From NCBI GenBank assembly GCA_020184695.1, contig JAANOX010000021.1, positions 95,204 through 159,203 of the forward strand: 64,000 bases of DNA. The letters are read 5' to 3'. The position numbers and the translations under genes are program-made. Numbering within the stretch: position 1 is the stretch's first letter; every line of letters starts with the position of its first letter. This document shows, one piece after another, positions 38,028 through 50,900 of the stretch. The notes below the pieces were generated by a model. The model was not told the origin of the DNA. It was given only the letters and a program-made list of their open reading frames with translations, and made no database searches. This DNA comes from Histomonas meleagridis 2922-C6/04-290x (Eukaryota > Protista > Parabasalia).

Positions 38028-40556
38028 TCAGTGCCGTGCGACTTTAATTTTGAATTCTCCTCTTTTCACAGGCCTTTGGTTATCGCCCTGTTGTTTCGGG
38101 TTCGCTTTTGGCGTGAATCTTTTTAAGGGGTCATCGAAGTCGTTGTTAAATCCGATCACTGTCATTCCTTGTATTGGTTTCTTTTTATGCTCTTCGTCAT
38201 CTAATCCCAAATCTTCATCGTCATCTATTTCATTATTATTAACCAAAGGCTGTGGCATAAAACCATTTCTACCGAAATCTTTTGGATCATAACCATATTG
38301 ATTAATTAATGAACGAGGCATATTATTATCATCATTATATAAGAAATTTTGAGTTTCCATTGTATTTTGCATTTGTGGCTGATAGAATTGGGTATTATTA
38401 CCTAATGTTATATTAGGAGGAGGAGGCAAAATTGTAGTATTATTATTCATATAAATATTTGGAGGTGGCGGCAAACCGTTTTCGGTTAACTCTATCGTTG
38501 GAGGCATAATTAAGTTCATGTTTTGGGGGGGTGGCGGCAAACCGTTTTCGGTTAGTTCTAACGTCGGAGGTAATAATACGTTTGCCGATTGTTTTCGCGT
38601 TCGATTCTCTATTTCATCCATTGTTGGATCATTAAACAAATCTTCTTCTTCTTCATTTGCATCCGCAAATTTGATGGTCTCTGGTGGCGGAATTATTTGA
38701 GGTTTACCATATGTAACTTGATCAAAATCATCAGAGAAATTCTTTGTAATAATTTTCTCGACTTTTGATAATTGCGCGAAAATATTTTTCGGCCATTTCA
38801 TTTGAAGTTTCGGTCCTCTATCGATTAAGTTATGGAAGAAATATTCGATAGTTTCGAATTTACTTGCGCCCATAAAATCGAATTCAAGTTTTGTTATACG
38901 TCTATTATCTAATAAAGCGTTCGATAAATCTTTAATTGATTGATCATCTAATAGCAAACCATTAATTGATAAACTTATTAAAGATTTATTTTCTTTAATT
39001 GTTTCGATTAATTTTTGAGCTTCTTGTCGAGTTAATGTATTTGCATCACCAGCATTAATAATTAATTCTTTGATTTTTCGTGTTTTCTTTATGAAGTTTA
39101 ATAAATATTGAAATCCACTCTTTAATTCACGTTGATAACAATCACTCATATTCAGTTTAACTAAATTCGGACATTTGTTAAACCAATTAATTAATCGTTG
39201 ATCTAATGGATTTGATATCCATTCGAATTCAGTTAATGAAGGATTAATTTCATTACTAATTTTGTCATAAAATATCTTCCAATTGTTCGCATGGAAATGA
39301 ATGTTAGAGAATGATAAACAATATGACTTATTCTTCGGATTATGTTTGATTAATTGTTGGAAGATTTCTAAGAAAATATCAAATTCCCATTCAACATTAC
39401 GTAATATAATATGTGTTAATGTTCCGGGTAATTCATCATATTCTTGAAAACTCATTCGTGCATTGTTGGAGGATAAATCTAAATATTCAACTTTCTTAAC
39501 ACTACATTTGTTTAACGCAACTAATGCTGATGCGATTTCGATTCCACATTTTTCTAGTTTTAATGTTTTGACATTGGAACATAATGGAAATAACATCGAA
39601 CATGAAATACATTCCGTGTTAGACAAATCTAAATACTCTAAATCTCGAAAGTTTTTGACTGTGATTAAGTTCTTAAATAACTTTTTGCTCATCTTTAAAT
39701 TTAAACATTTGTCAATTTGTAATGTGTTAAGTTTTTGCTCATTAATGATCTTGGAAATACCAATAACACTATTAAGTTCAAGTGGAAAACCTAAAAATCG
39801 AAGGGTTCGAATTGATGATGGTGGAGTACGTTGAAATGATGGTGCAATAATGGATAAATCGCCAGTAATTCGCTTGCAAAAACGCATTTCTACAATTGTC
39901 GTGTTGCGTTTGAGCACTGTTTGAAGTGCTTGACATAAATCATTATCAACTTCAATATCAAAAACTAAAATGTTACATGTTGGAAGCACAACTAAACAAT
40001 TGAGAAATTGCTCAAAATGGCCAAAAAAGGATTGGAATTTCGATACATAAAGTTCAGATGGTTTATCTTCAAAATAACACCGAAGTAAATTGGCTTCATT
40101 GTGACTAATAGGAATGTTGGATGTAAGACAGATGGATATAAATCGAACCCCTGGATTGCCTTGAATACCTGCCGGTGGTGTATCATTTAATTCAAACATT
40201 GGCAGTTCATTTGGAATCATTAAAGTCATAAGGGACTTACGAATTTCACACGCAATTTCAAGAGCGTTTTGATGTTGGATAGAAAACTTATCATTAGGAA
40301 AATCAAATAATAACGTATCATTATTAAGAGAAACACCAAATAATTGGAAGTAATCATAACGTTTGATTATCTTGAGCTTCTTGGTAAATTTATGCTTCTT
40401 GATTATATATAATGATACATCAGTTGCATAAAGAATCTTTTTGGATTTTTTCTTCTTAGGAACTAGAATAAGAACAGTTTGACAAACAACAGGTTTTTCA
40501 ACTAATGGATCTATAATTTTGTTGATATGATAGAGAAGGTCTTGATCAAATTCCAT
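38028..40556 (-). CDS. CARMIL-like LRR protein (PH-like N-terminus, LRRs, proline-rich tail), 842 aa
   Basis: LEYLDLSNT, VEYLDLSSNN and LISLSING LRRs; PPPP repeats near the C-terminus. Confidence 0.8.
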   Translation of the reverse strand: MEFDQDLLYHINKIIDPLVEKPVVCQTVLILVPKKKKSKKILYATDVSLYIIKKHKFTKKLKIIKRYDYFQLFGVSLNNDTLLFDFPNDKFSIQHQNALEIACEIRKSLMTLMIPNELPMFELNDTPPAGIQGNPGVRFISICLTSNIPISHNEANLLRCYFEDKPSELYVSKFQSFFGHFEQFLNCLVVLPTCNILVFDIEVDNDLCQALQTVLKRNTTIVEMRFCKRITGDLSIIAPSFQRTPPSSIRTLRFLGFPLELNSVIGISKIINEQKLNTLQIDKCLNLKMSKKLFKNLITVKNFRDLEYLDLSNTECISCSMLFPLCSNVKTLKLEKCGIEIASALVALNKCSVKKVEYLDLSSNNARMSFQEYDELPGTLTHIILRNVEWEFDIFLEIFQQLIKHNPKNKSYCLSFSNIHFHANNWKIFYDKISNEINPSLTEFEWISNPLDQRLINWFNKCPNLVKLNMSDCYQRELKSGFQYLLNFIKKTRKIKELIINAGDANTLTRQEAQKLIETIKENKSLISLSINGLLLDDQSIKDLSNALLDNRRITKLEFDFMGASKFETIEYFFHNLIDRGPKLQMKWPKNIFAQLSKVEKIITKNFSDDFDQVTYGKPQIIPPPETIKFADANEEEEDLFNDPTMDEIENRTRKQSANVLLPPTLELTENGLPPPPQNMNLIMPPTIELTENGLPPPPNIYMNNNTTILPPPPNITLGNNTQFYQPQMQNTMETQNFLYNDDNNMPRSLINQYGYDPKDFGRNGFMPQPLVNNNEIDDDEDLGLDDEEHKKKPIQGMTVIGFNNDFDDPLKRFTPKANPKQQGDNQRPVKRGEFKIKVARH

Positions 40557-40977
40557 TTGAACAATAACACGCTGATTAGAATTTGAATTATGTAAAATTT
40601 ATAATGCTCTCAAATATGTGTCACTTTTTGTTATCCGGAAATAGGCTTTTCAAAAAGCGATCTGTTCTAAATTTGGTTGTTCGATTTCATATAATGATAT
40701 AATATAAGAGAAACATCAAAGCATAGAATTTGTTTCTATGTCGATGTTAAAGGTTTTTTAATCATTTTTTTCGTATTTTTTCTCAAATCAGATAATCTTA
40801 AATTAATATCAAATATTGACATTTTTTAAGTTTCAAATTTTTTATTGCTTTTATTGAGTATACATTTGGAAAAAGCATATAATATTGTGATTATAAACGA
40901 AGCTTTCGTTCTTGAGCTGTAAAAAGACCGTTTACAATAATTGAACTAACCTGTTCAATTCACACACTGTTCGAAAA

Positions 40978-41223
40978 ATGAGCAATGGAACAAAAGCTGT
41001 ATCAAATTCACCTATGGCATCTCGAAAGTTAAAAATGATGGATTCCCTACAAGAACAACCTCGAGTTATCAAAAAGAAAATACCTATTTCGGTCATGAAA
41101 ACAATTCCTAAAACACAAAAAAAAGAGAAAAGGCCATATATTGACTCAACACTAGCTAACACAATTCTAGTTTTATTGTTTTCCATATTGTTGTTTTATT
41201 TGGCTTATTTCTATTTGGTTTAA
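40978..41223 (+). CDS. Small putative tail-anchored protein (81 aa)
   Basis: Basic N-terminal part and a C-terminal hydrophobic helix (ILVLLFSILLFYLAYFYLV). Confidence 0.4.
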   Translation: MSNGTKAVSNSPMASRKLKMMDSLQEQPRVIKKKIPISVMKTIPKTQKKEKRPYIDSTLANTILVLLFSILLFYLAYFYLV

Positions 41224-41409
41224 ATTTGGAATGATCAAAATTTTCATGAAATTAATAAAGTGTACTTGTAGTTTAATACAGTAAGTTCTTATAAATCAGT
41301 AATTATTGTTTTTTCTTTAACATAATTTAAGCCAATGTGTTGTAACCATAAAATTATTTTTATTGAAAGAAATACCTTAAATTATGTTTAAATTTGATCT
41401 AAATTTCTA

Positions 41410-41905
41410 CCAATGAGAATCTAAAACCAAATATGACTGATTTCACTAATCCTCACATGTAAGATTTAAAGAGTTGTTGTTACTAATTTTTACTTAATTG
41501 ATTTGTGTGGGATTCTTTCGGTGAGTGACATTTTTAAAATCTATATTTACAAAGCATCTGATTACACACTTTTACGCTAATCTGGGATAATTTATCAAAT
41601 ACCATTTAACAACAAGTAAATGTAATGTAGCTTGGTGGGAAAATAAAGAAATCATTCATTTAAGTGAACATAAATCTCCAATTAAAATTAATTTTTTCGT
41701 TTTGTAAAAATGAATAACAAAATTGATATTATTTATATAAATGATATAAGAAATGTAATTTTGCATTCTAATAGATTTTAAAAATGTCACTCACCGAAAG
41801 AATCCCACACAAATCAATTAAGTAAAAATTAGTAACAACAACTCTTTAAATCTTACATGTGAGGATTAGTGAAATCAGTTATATTTGGTTTTAGATTCTC
41901 ATTGG
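41410..41905. mobile_element. MITE/foldback element, 496 bp
   Basis: 135-bp TIRs (41410-41544 / 41771-41905) with one mismatch seen; 226-bp non-coding core; no clear TSD. Confidence 0.8.
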
Positions 41906-42104
41906 AAGATTAATATAAAATTTTTTATACTGATATCATACGATTAAACATATCAAATGTATTCTGGTGATGACTTTTTTCAATCTTATTTTTAAGTTCG
42001 TATAAGAAAATATATAAATGTTAGACTAATTTACCTCAAGTGGAGAACTGACGATAGAGTTTTTTGAATAGTTTATCGAAAAAAAGGAGTTTTATTTTGT
42101 TCTG

Positions 42105-42698
42105 ATGATTTTCAACTTCTTTTTTGTTTTGTCAATACAAAGGAAGTCATTTCATGTTGTTCATGTACAAAAGTATAGCGAACTTCCTTTTCCTGGAAGA
42201 GTTATAACTTTACCCGGAAATGAACCAGATTCATTGGTTTGTGTTGTTCCAGATAAAACATATGCAAAGCCAAACAAAAACTACAATTCAACAAATATTT
42301 TCAAGGGGTTAGAAGGAAAATGTCATCGAATTCTTTTCTTGCCGAATTCATTATTATTCTGTTTCAAGGGCAGATCGAATTTCAATCAAAAAAACATTGG
42401 CGATTTTTCTCATTTTGAACTTAAAGATCATTATCTATATCATTATACAAAAGATGGAGATCAATGCGAAGATAATCCCAATATAACATGGAGTTTAAAG
42501 GGACGAATCGAGTGTGATCCAACAGTTCCGCTTGGTTCTGTTTCTATATCTTCGTTTTGGAATATATCACTTTGTACAATTGGCGCTTCAATTAAATCAC
42601 GCGAAGCTTGTGCCATTCCTGAACTAAATTCTCAAGAACACAGAATGATTAAATGCATAAGCAAACAGGTATATGAAAAGGAGAGGCCCAAAAAGTGA
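42105..42698 (+). CDS. Secreted MRH (mannose-6-phosphate receptor homology / PRKCSH-like) domain protein
   Basis: Signal-like N-terminus; cysteine pattern GKC...FCF...YTKDGDQC...IECD...C...SREAC. Confidence 0.7.
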   Translation: MIFNFFFVLSIQRKSFHVVHVQKYSELPFPGRVITLPGNEPDSLVCVVPDKTYAKPNKNYNSTNIFKGLEGKCHRILFLPNSLLFCFKGRSNFNQKNIGDFSHFELKDHYLYHYTKDGDQCEDNPNITWSLKGRIECDPTVPLGSVSISSFWNISLCTIGASIKSREACAIPELNSQEHRMIKCISKQVYEKERPKK

Positions 42699-43182
42699 TC
42701 CAGATGAAACTTTCAAAATAAATGTTTTTAAATATTTTTCTTTTTTCTTATTTATTTTTTGACTGATTATAAATCTGAAAAATTTTATATTTTTGAATGT
42801 TTTATAGTAACTTTATATTATTTACATTATGTCTTTTATTTATATTCGATGTTTGAATTTTTTGTAATTTAAAAGTTTAAGCTTCAAGTACCTTATTTTT
42901 CTAACTTTGATACCACTTATTTATTATATAAAACAAAAAAGCATACACATATAGAAGCTTAATAATAAATTTGTGGAAAATAGCACGTGCAAATGATTGG
43001 AAACTTTTAATTCAACGAGCTGAACAATGAACGAATATCGATATCCATTAAAGACAATGATGTTGAAGCCAATATTTTGATAAAAACCTGCGCATTTTTG
43101 AGTGGTGTATGTTTTTATGTAATGAGCCAACGCTTGTCGCGTTTCATAGCGCAATGAATTGTTTTAAATATTTCTTCTCGAG

Positions 43183-43867
43183 TTGGATTCCGATTTAACA
43201 AATGTATCACGTAACAATTTTAATGTTACATTTTTGCAGGGGACATTTGAACATAATAAAAATCTATTAAATGCTTCTGCAAGAATGGATTCTATATCAA
43301 TGTTATTAGTCCAGAATAAACAAAATATTAATGCATGCGATGAAAACGAAGAAACTGCATTACATGTAATCATCTTAATATTAATATAAATTGATGCAAT
43401 TGTTTGTGAAGCAGCACAATATTAATGTAAATTCAAGAGATAAATTTAATTGATTCATTTTTTTTTGAACTCCACCATCATTTCTCATCACAAGAAGGTT
43501 ATTCTAAAGCTATAAAAATTATAAACATGAAAGGAGTTTAAAAGTATTTTTATTTTATAAATTTTGAACTCCACTTCGATATGCTACCCAACATAGTCAA
43601 TCACAATTTGTTAGATTCATTTTAGTTCATGATGATATAGACATTAATTGTAGGAATAATGAAGGATGTACACCATTGCAATTGGCGAATTGTTTAGATA
43701 TCATAAAAATATTACTGAGTTATGATAGAATAGATGTTAGTTTGTGTAACGATATGGAATTCGTCTTTAAATCATTGGCCTCCTTTACATATGGCCATAA
43801 CTTTGAAATTACTGAATTGATAAAAGAGCATGGCATGAAAAACGATTCTAATTTATTTATTTTGTAA
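43183..43867 (+). pseudogene. Fragmented ankyrin-repeat gene
   Basis: NINACDENEETALH, TPLRYAT and DINCRNNEGCTPLQLA in different frames, with stops. Confidence 0.65.
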
Positions 43868-44850
43868 AATAAAATTTTGCACACAATTAATGAGTCTAAT
43901 GTATTGTTTTTATAATTACTAAAGACTATAAATGTAATTTATCAGATTTTTTTTTTATGTGATTCAATGAATCAGAATCATAAATCCAAAATATGGATCC
44001 AATGGTGCCTCTAATTAAATTCATTAGATCTATTTATTTTTTTCATCAAGATTTTTCAATATATATCAAAATCATGTTAATTCTTTTTGACATATTGATA
44101 ATATAGTTTTGTACTGCATTTCATTTTTTGCCATTAGAATGTCTTTACATTGTTTGTTTTGTTGCAAATATAATGTTATTAATTTTAACCAATAAAATAG
44201 AGTTTTCTTTAAAGAAGAGTCTAATCAAATCCATACAAATTTTGTGTGCATATTCAAAAAGTTCAAGACCACAAATAATCGATTTTTTATGACCACGGAT
44301 TAACCTGCCAGTCAAAAAGTGTTCGTTTTGAATTGAATATTCCATAAAGCACATGTAAAAAATGACACCATTGAAATCATCATTCAATTTGTTTAACAAA
44401 AATAAAATTCGATTTTCTTCCTATCACACGAATTAATTGGAGCATAAAGAATATTTGATTTTATTTATACTTCATACTCCATGGAACCAGTTGGAAATTT
44501 CTCAAAATTTGATACTTCTTCCAAAAAAAGAAAAAATAAAAAACGTTGATGTTTATAACTGCCAACAAAAAAACGATTAAATCAGAAATTTTACGTTACC
44601 CTAAGGAAATCAGGGAACTTTTTCTTGGTTTAATCGGTCCGAATGCATTGAAAATTTTGATGGTTTTTTTTGTTGTTTTGAAAAGCTTGAAAACATGATT
44701 TTAGCAGTATAACACTCATGTTTTCCCTTTATCTTATTCGTTAAAAAGGTTTGCTTGATAGAAAATTTCGATTGCAAGAGAAAAATTGGTACAGCTTAAA
44801 TTTATTCATTGAAATAAAGAACTCATATGTGTGAATTCATGTATTTCATT

Positions 44851-45402
44851 TCAAACAGGTTCAGGTATGTGATTCAACAAGTTAGTAATTTCCAAAAATG
44901 CTAAAGGATCAATCGGCTGAAATGGTTGATCATAATTGGGTTTTGGATCTTCAGTAGTAATTGTTTGTTTTTCCATGTCTTTTTTAAGTTGTGTATTTGC
45001 TGAAAATTTGGTGATTAGTCTTGCACAATAGAAAAAATCTTCTTCTGAGTTCTCATTTAGCCTTAATGACCTTACTTTTCTGATAACAGAATTCCATCTG
45101 TTCCTTACGTTGTCTAAAGTTCTGTCCTTTAGGAACTTACAAAGTATTGACCATTTCGATCCATATTCATTATATTTTAAAAATAAGATTCTGTCTTCTT
45201 CAGGTGTCCAAGGGGAACGATTTACTGTTGGGGATAGATAAAATTTCCATCTTTCTCTGCATTGTCTCGCTGTTCTTGTTTTCACCAATGAACTAATGAG
45301 TTCCCAATTCTTTGTACCATTCTCTTGGACAAGTTGGATAAGTTTCTGATCTTCTTCGTATGTAAAAATTTTCCTTCTTTTCTTGTTTTCGTTGGATGAC
45401 AT
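44851..45402 (-). CDS. R2R3 Myb transcription factor
   Basis: FTYEEDQKL...WELI...RTARQCRERW and WTPEEDRIL...GSKWSIL...VRNRWN. Confidence 0.92.
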   Translation of the reverse strand: MSSNENKKRRKIFTYEEDQKLIQLVQENGTKNWELISSLVKTRTARQCRERWKFYLSPTVNRSPWTPEEDRILFLKYNEYGSKWSILCKFLKDRTLDNVRNRWNSVIRKVRSLRLNENSEEDFFYCARLITKFSANTQLKKDMEKQTITTEDPKPNYDQPFQPIDPLAFLEITNLLNHIPEPV

Positions 45403-46277
45403 ACTAAAAAAAAACTGTTTCCGGTTTTCCAGTAAATGCTTTCAAAAAATGAAAATATCTTTTTATTCACAATAAATTATTAAATCAATTTATCTTTTAT
45501 ATACAAGAAATATTATCCTTTATTTGCGTTAAACTTTATAGTTTTGCATCAATTCATGAAACGCAGGAAATGCAATCTGAAGAATTTACAAGAGTCAAAT
45601 TTGGCTTGAACTTGAATGGACAACTCAAATTCAGTAACTTTTTATATGCTATCGTCACAAATTGAGGGTTTGAGAGACGACGCATTGATTTCGACCTGTT
45701 ATCAAATTAAATTAAGATTATTCGATAAACTATTGAAATAATTTTATTATAAACGCAAATATCTTGTTATGATAATGCTTTTTTACAAAACATTTTGTTT
45801 TAAAGAATTAGCAAATGATATGTAGTTAAAAAAAAATTCTTAATTACATAAATATCTATCAAAAAAAGCTCAATCCAATAATTTTTTGGATGAGAAAAAT
45901 GTCAGCTTTTCAGAATTCTTGAAATTAAACTGAATGGTCGGAAATTGAATGGGAGTATTGAAAGATTTCAGTTATTTAACTGACAACCGTTTAACCATGG
46001 ATAAATTTGAAAAAGTTGTAGCCAAATTGTTTGGAAAAAAAAAAAAGGTAATACTCAAAATCTATTAAAAAATTTATCTTTAATTTCAAAATGTAGCAAA
46101 AATAAATTAAAGTTAACAAGATGGTTTATAATAATTTGTGGTTTAATATTTAGATGTTGAGATCTCATTGTTTTTTTCTGTGATTAGTAAAAAATGTCAA
46201 AGCCATTGTCGTGAACACAAGTCAAAAAGTCAAATTTTCTGTTGTTTTAAAACGATGAAGGCTGAAAGTAGTTAACG

Positions 46278-47489
46278 ATGATTGGGCCAAAGAAACTTAA
46301 GGCAACTTCTTATGAAAAATTAATCCTTGGTGGTGGTTGTTATTGCCAACTTGCATTAAAGGTAAAGCCAACAAAAGTTAATGAAATTGTACATGAAATC
46401 GCAAAAAAAGCAGTTGGATGTAGAACTTTATTTGATGGACAGAATTATATTTACACTCCTTTAGAATGCCCTGTGTTCAGAATTCCAAATAATTTTCCTT
46501 CTCTTGAAGAAGCTCAAATATACGCTTCAACATATTATACTGTCCCTTTATCACAAAGGCTTGCCTCAATTTGTTACAACGATGACACTGTTATTTTACA
46601 TAATATTCATTCATCATGTGATGGGGGATACTTGAAAATAATTCTGAATTATCTCATAGGCGGTGATGTTCCACCTGGACCTGAACCATACATTCATGAA
46701 TCAGCTTCAGTTACGTTTAACGAAGTCATAAAATCTGTCAATGGACATCGTGATTATAATACAACCAAAGTTATAGGCACTAATCCTTCAATTCCAACTG
46801 ATCCAAAAGTCACTGCATATTACTATCCTGTTAATATTGATTTCAGTGATATGTCAACACACTCTAGTGGCTCTCTGCGTGGTCTCACTGATTTACTTTG
46901 GAGTTCAATGATATTAACGGTCTCCGCTTCAAACGGAAAATTTTACGACGCAAAAGTGGAAAATGCTGTTGATACCCGGAGAGTTATTAGCAATCCTGGA
47001 TGGAAGCATGCCAATGAAAACACTGTAATTTGCGTTTATGCTAATGATCTTACTGAAGATTCTTCAATATCAGAAATGTGTGATTCTTTAAGAAAAGACT
47101 TTAATAAAAAGATTACTAACAAAGAAGTGATTAAGTCAATCCGTGACTTAATGACTGGATACTCTCGTTCTGTTGATTATGCAACATGCGGAATATCAAA
47201 TATTGGACCACTCAAAACAGGTGGAGACATTGTTGATGTTACAGTAGGTACATCGTTCGTAAGAAGGCTTCCACCTCCTGGCGGAGTTTATTTCCATACC
47301 ATTAGTATTGATGATAAAATGTTCAAAGGCAGAATGTACTCAAGCCCATTCACATTTAGTAGAAATGAAACGCGGAAACTGGCTGATGCTATGAGATACT
47401 GTCTAACAAAGGTAAAAAAAGATATGAAGATTGGCGATGTGGTTAAAGATCTTCAACAAATGTACGGACTAGGCAAGTATAGAAACTGA
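46278..47489 (+). CDS. CoA-dependent acyltransferase / condensation-domain-like protein (403 aa)
   Basis: HxxxDG catalytic motif (NIHSSCDGGY); intact ORF. Confidence 0.65.
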   Translation: MIGPKKLKATSYEKLILGGGCYCQLALKVKPTKVNEIVHEIAKKAVGCRTLFDGQNYIYTPLECPVFRIPNNFPSLEEAQIYASTYYTVPLSQRLASICYNDDTVILHNIHSSCDGGYLKIILNYLIGGDVPPGPEPYIHESASVTFNEVIKSVNGHRDYNTTKVIGTNPSIPTDPKVTAYYYPVNIDFSDMSTHSSGSLRGLTDLLWSSMILTVSASNGKFYDAKVENAVDTRRVISNPGWKHANENTVICVYANDLTEDSSISEMCDSLRKDFNKKITNKEVIKSIRDLMTGYSRSVDYATCGISNIGPLKTGGDIVDVTVGTSFVRRLPPPGGVYFHTISIDDKMFKGRMYSSPFTFSRNETRKLADAMRYCLTKVKKDMKIGDVVKDLQQMYGLGKYRN

Positions 47490-47687
47490 TTTCAAATATT
47501 ACTAATAATTATAAAAAAAATTTTTGAATTTAATGAATATTCAATTGAAAGCTATTTTTTAATTTTCCTTATTTACCAACAAAAATCAATTTTGGACTTT
47601 GTGTCATCACTTTTATCAGCGGAAATGAATGTTGCGTAAGAAGAAAAGCAAAAAAAATTCAAGTTAAGTTGTTAATTAAAAAAATTC

Positions 47688-47759
47688 GGGGCGATTCGGG
47701 AATCGAACCCGAGACCTCTCGCACCCAAAGCGAGAATCATTCCACTAGACCAATCACCC
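47688..47759 (-). tRNA. trnP: tRNA-Pro(TGG)
   Basis: 72-nt cloverleaf: acceptor GGGTGAT/ATCGCCC, anticodon arm CTCGC-TTTGGGT-GCGAG, T-loop TTCGATT; T-run terminator downstream. Confidence 0.95.
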
Positions 47760-47906
47760 TTTCGAAAATTTATTTATCAATCGATATAATATATATTGTA
47801 TGGTATGGGAAAACATGTTTAATGGAAAACATTAAATAAAGTATCTTATAAAATTGCCTGTCTATCGGTGGTGACCGTTTTAATTTTTACTTCAAAGGTC
47901 ATATAA

Positions 47907-50900
47907 ATGTGTGATAAAAAACTAGAAAATAATCTCAACAAAGATTATCGAGAGATTGATTGAGAGAAATGTCATCGATTCAAGAATTGCACTTAACATA
48001 ACAATCAAAATACTTTTTCACATTACAAAACATCAATAAATAGAATTATGGATACATATTGTAAATATAGAATTGAATTATCTTTTGTTCAAAATTACAA
48101 TATACTTTCAAAGAATGATTGGGAACTTCATAAGAAATATGTTAAAGAAGGTGTTAATCCAAATGAAATAGCAAAAATAATTCGAAATGATGAAATAGAA
48201 AAACTTCAAGAAATATCATCACAAACAAATTTCGATTTTAATCAAACAATTGAACCATCACTTTATGAAAGATGCTCATTTGTTAACAAAGAAAATGTTT
48301 CATTAATTGATTTTGCAGCATTTTTTTCTGCAATTAAATGTTTTAAATATTTACTTATGAATGGTGCAAAAAGTCAAAAAAATACAGGTAAATATGCAGT
48401 TGCAGGTGGGAATGAAGAAATCATTCATATATGTGAACAAAATCATTCTTCATTTAAAGGTGCATATGAAACAGCAATTCAATTTCATCGAAGTGATGTT
48501 TTTTTCATTATATTTATGAAAAACGAATTAGAAATCACTAACGGAGAAAACTTAGAAGAGGTTTGTATTTTCTATCAAAGTTATGAAATTTTTAACATTT
48601 TTTTGGTAGAAAAATTTGGTATTACAGAAAAAAATCTGCAATATTTTCTAAATGCAAATAATATATATCTTATGAAACATATTTGTAAAAATAATCTTCC
48701 TTATGCTGCTTTATTTAAATTATTGAAATCAGGAGCGTATATTGAACTCATACAATACGCTTTAAAACAAAATAGTGTTAATATTAATGAAAGAATGATT
48801 TATTTGTTTTATTTCAAATTTATTTTAATAATTTTTTATTTTAATTTAATATTTGGAAAACATTTAAAATATTTAAAACAGCACTTATGTATGCATCTCA
48901 GAAAGGTTACACAGATATAGTGAAATTACTTCTTGAACAAAAAAATATTGATTTTAATGCTCGCGATCTTTATTTGTTTTGCTTGTTATTTTTCTTTCCG
49001 TTTTGCTATTTTTAAGGAAAATTTCGTGAAATATTTTTTTATAATATTTTTATTCAGCACTTTGCAATAAAAATAGCCATAATGAAATAGTTAAATTACT
49101 TCTTGAACATATTGATTTTAATGCTAAAGATCTTTATTTGTTTTGCGTCGAATTTATTATATTAAAATAATATTTCATTCTAATATTTGGAAATTATTTA
49201 TATTATTTCAAACACCACTTATATTTGCAATAAAAAATGGCCATAATGAAATAGTTAAATTACTTCTTGAACAAAAAAATATTGATTTTAATGCTCAAGA
49301 TCTTTATTTGTTTTGCGTCAAATTTATTATATTCAAATAATATTTCATTATAATATTTGGAAATTGTTTAAAATATTTTGGACAGCACTTATGCATGCAT
49401 CTGAAAAAGTCCTGAAATTTTTTTAAAAATTCTAGTTGAGAAAGAAGAAACTGAAAAGAATAAAAAAGAAATTTATTTTAATAATCTGATATTTCAGCAT
49501 AAAATTTAGAATTAAATTGAATAATTTAGTGAAGAATTTAAATTAGCAATTAACAAAGGAAATGCTGAAATCGTTAAATATCTTCTAGAATCGAAAAGTA
49601 TTAAAAATATACAAAATGTGTTTTTAAATTTTATTGATAATTTATTTAAGGATTTTAATATTTCTAAATTCTATTTGAAACAGCACTTTTGATAGCTTCC
49701 CAAAAAGGTTATACAGAAATAGTTAAATTACTTCTCGAACAAGAAGGAATTGATATTACTACTAAAGATATTAATTTATAATTTTTAAGAATTATTTAAG
49801 TAACTTAATCTTCCAAAATAATATTTGAAAATTATTTAAATTATTTAATACAACACTTATTTTAGCTTCAAAAAATGGTCATACAGAAATAGTTAAATTA
49901 CTTCTTGAACAAGAAGGGATTGATCCTAATGCTAAAAATATTTAATTGTTTTATTTAAATTTTATTTTAAAAATTTTGGATTTCAAAATAATATTTGGAA
50001 ATTATTTAAATTATTTCGAACAGCTTTCTTTATTGCATGTTTATATGGACATATTGAAATAGTTAAATTACTTCTTAAACAAGAAGGAAATGATATCAAT
50101 CTTAAAGATATTTAAAAATTTTATTTGTTATTTGTTTTAAAGATTTAATGTTTTTAGAATTTTTTTGGAATTTCATAATGTTTTATAAAACACCACTTAT
50201 TTGTGCATCTCAATATTGTTATGTTGAAATAGTTAAATTACTTCTTGAACAAGAAGGAATTGATATGAATGCCAAAGATATTTTTTTATTATATTTAATA
50301 TTTATTTGCATAATTTGATGTTTTGAAATAAAATTTAAAAAAATTATTTTTATTATTTCAAACAGCATTTATGGTCGCACTTCATTATGAATATACTGAA
50401 ATTCTAAAATTATTTCTAAAATATGAAGGAGTTGACATGAATACTAAAAATGTATTTTTATTTTATTCAGTGTAAATTTGAATAATTTAAAAATTCTTTA
50501 ATTTATTTAGTGATTTTATTTTTGCTGCTGAAAAAGGTTTTATAGAGATGATCAAATTTTTACTAAATAAATCTAAAAACGAAATTTATGTATCAGATGT
50601 TTTTTTTAGATATTATTAAATCCAGCACTAATGTTATCATCTTATAATGGTCATTCAGAAATAGTTAAACTACTTCTCAAACAAAAAGACATTAACATTA
50701 ATGTTAAAGATGTCTATTTTTTATATTTGAAATTTATTTTAATAATTTTATATTTCAAAATAATATTTGGAATTGATTTAAATTATATGAAACAGCACTT
50801 ATGAAAGCATCTTATAATGGTTATCTAGAAACAGTTAAATTACTTCTTGAACAAGAAGGAATTGATATTAATGCCAAAGATATTTATGTGTTTTATTTGA

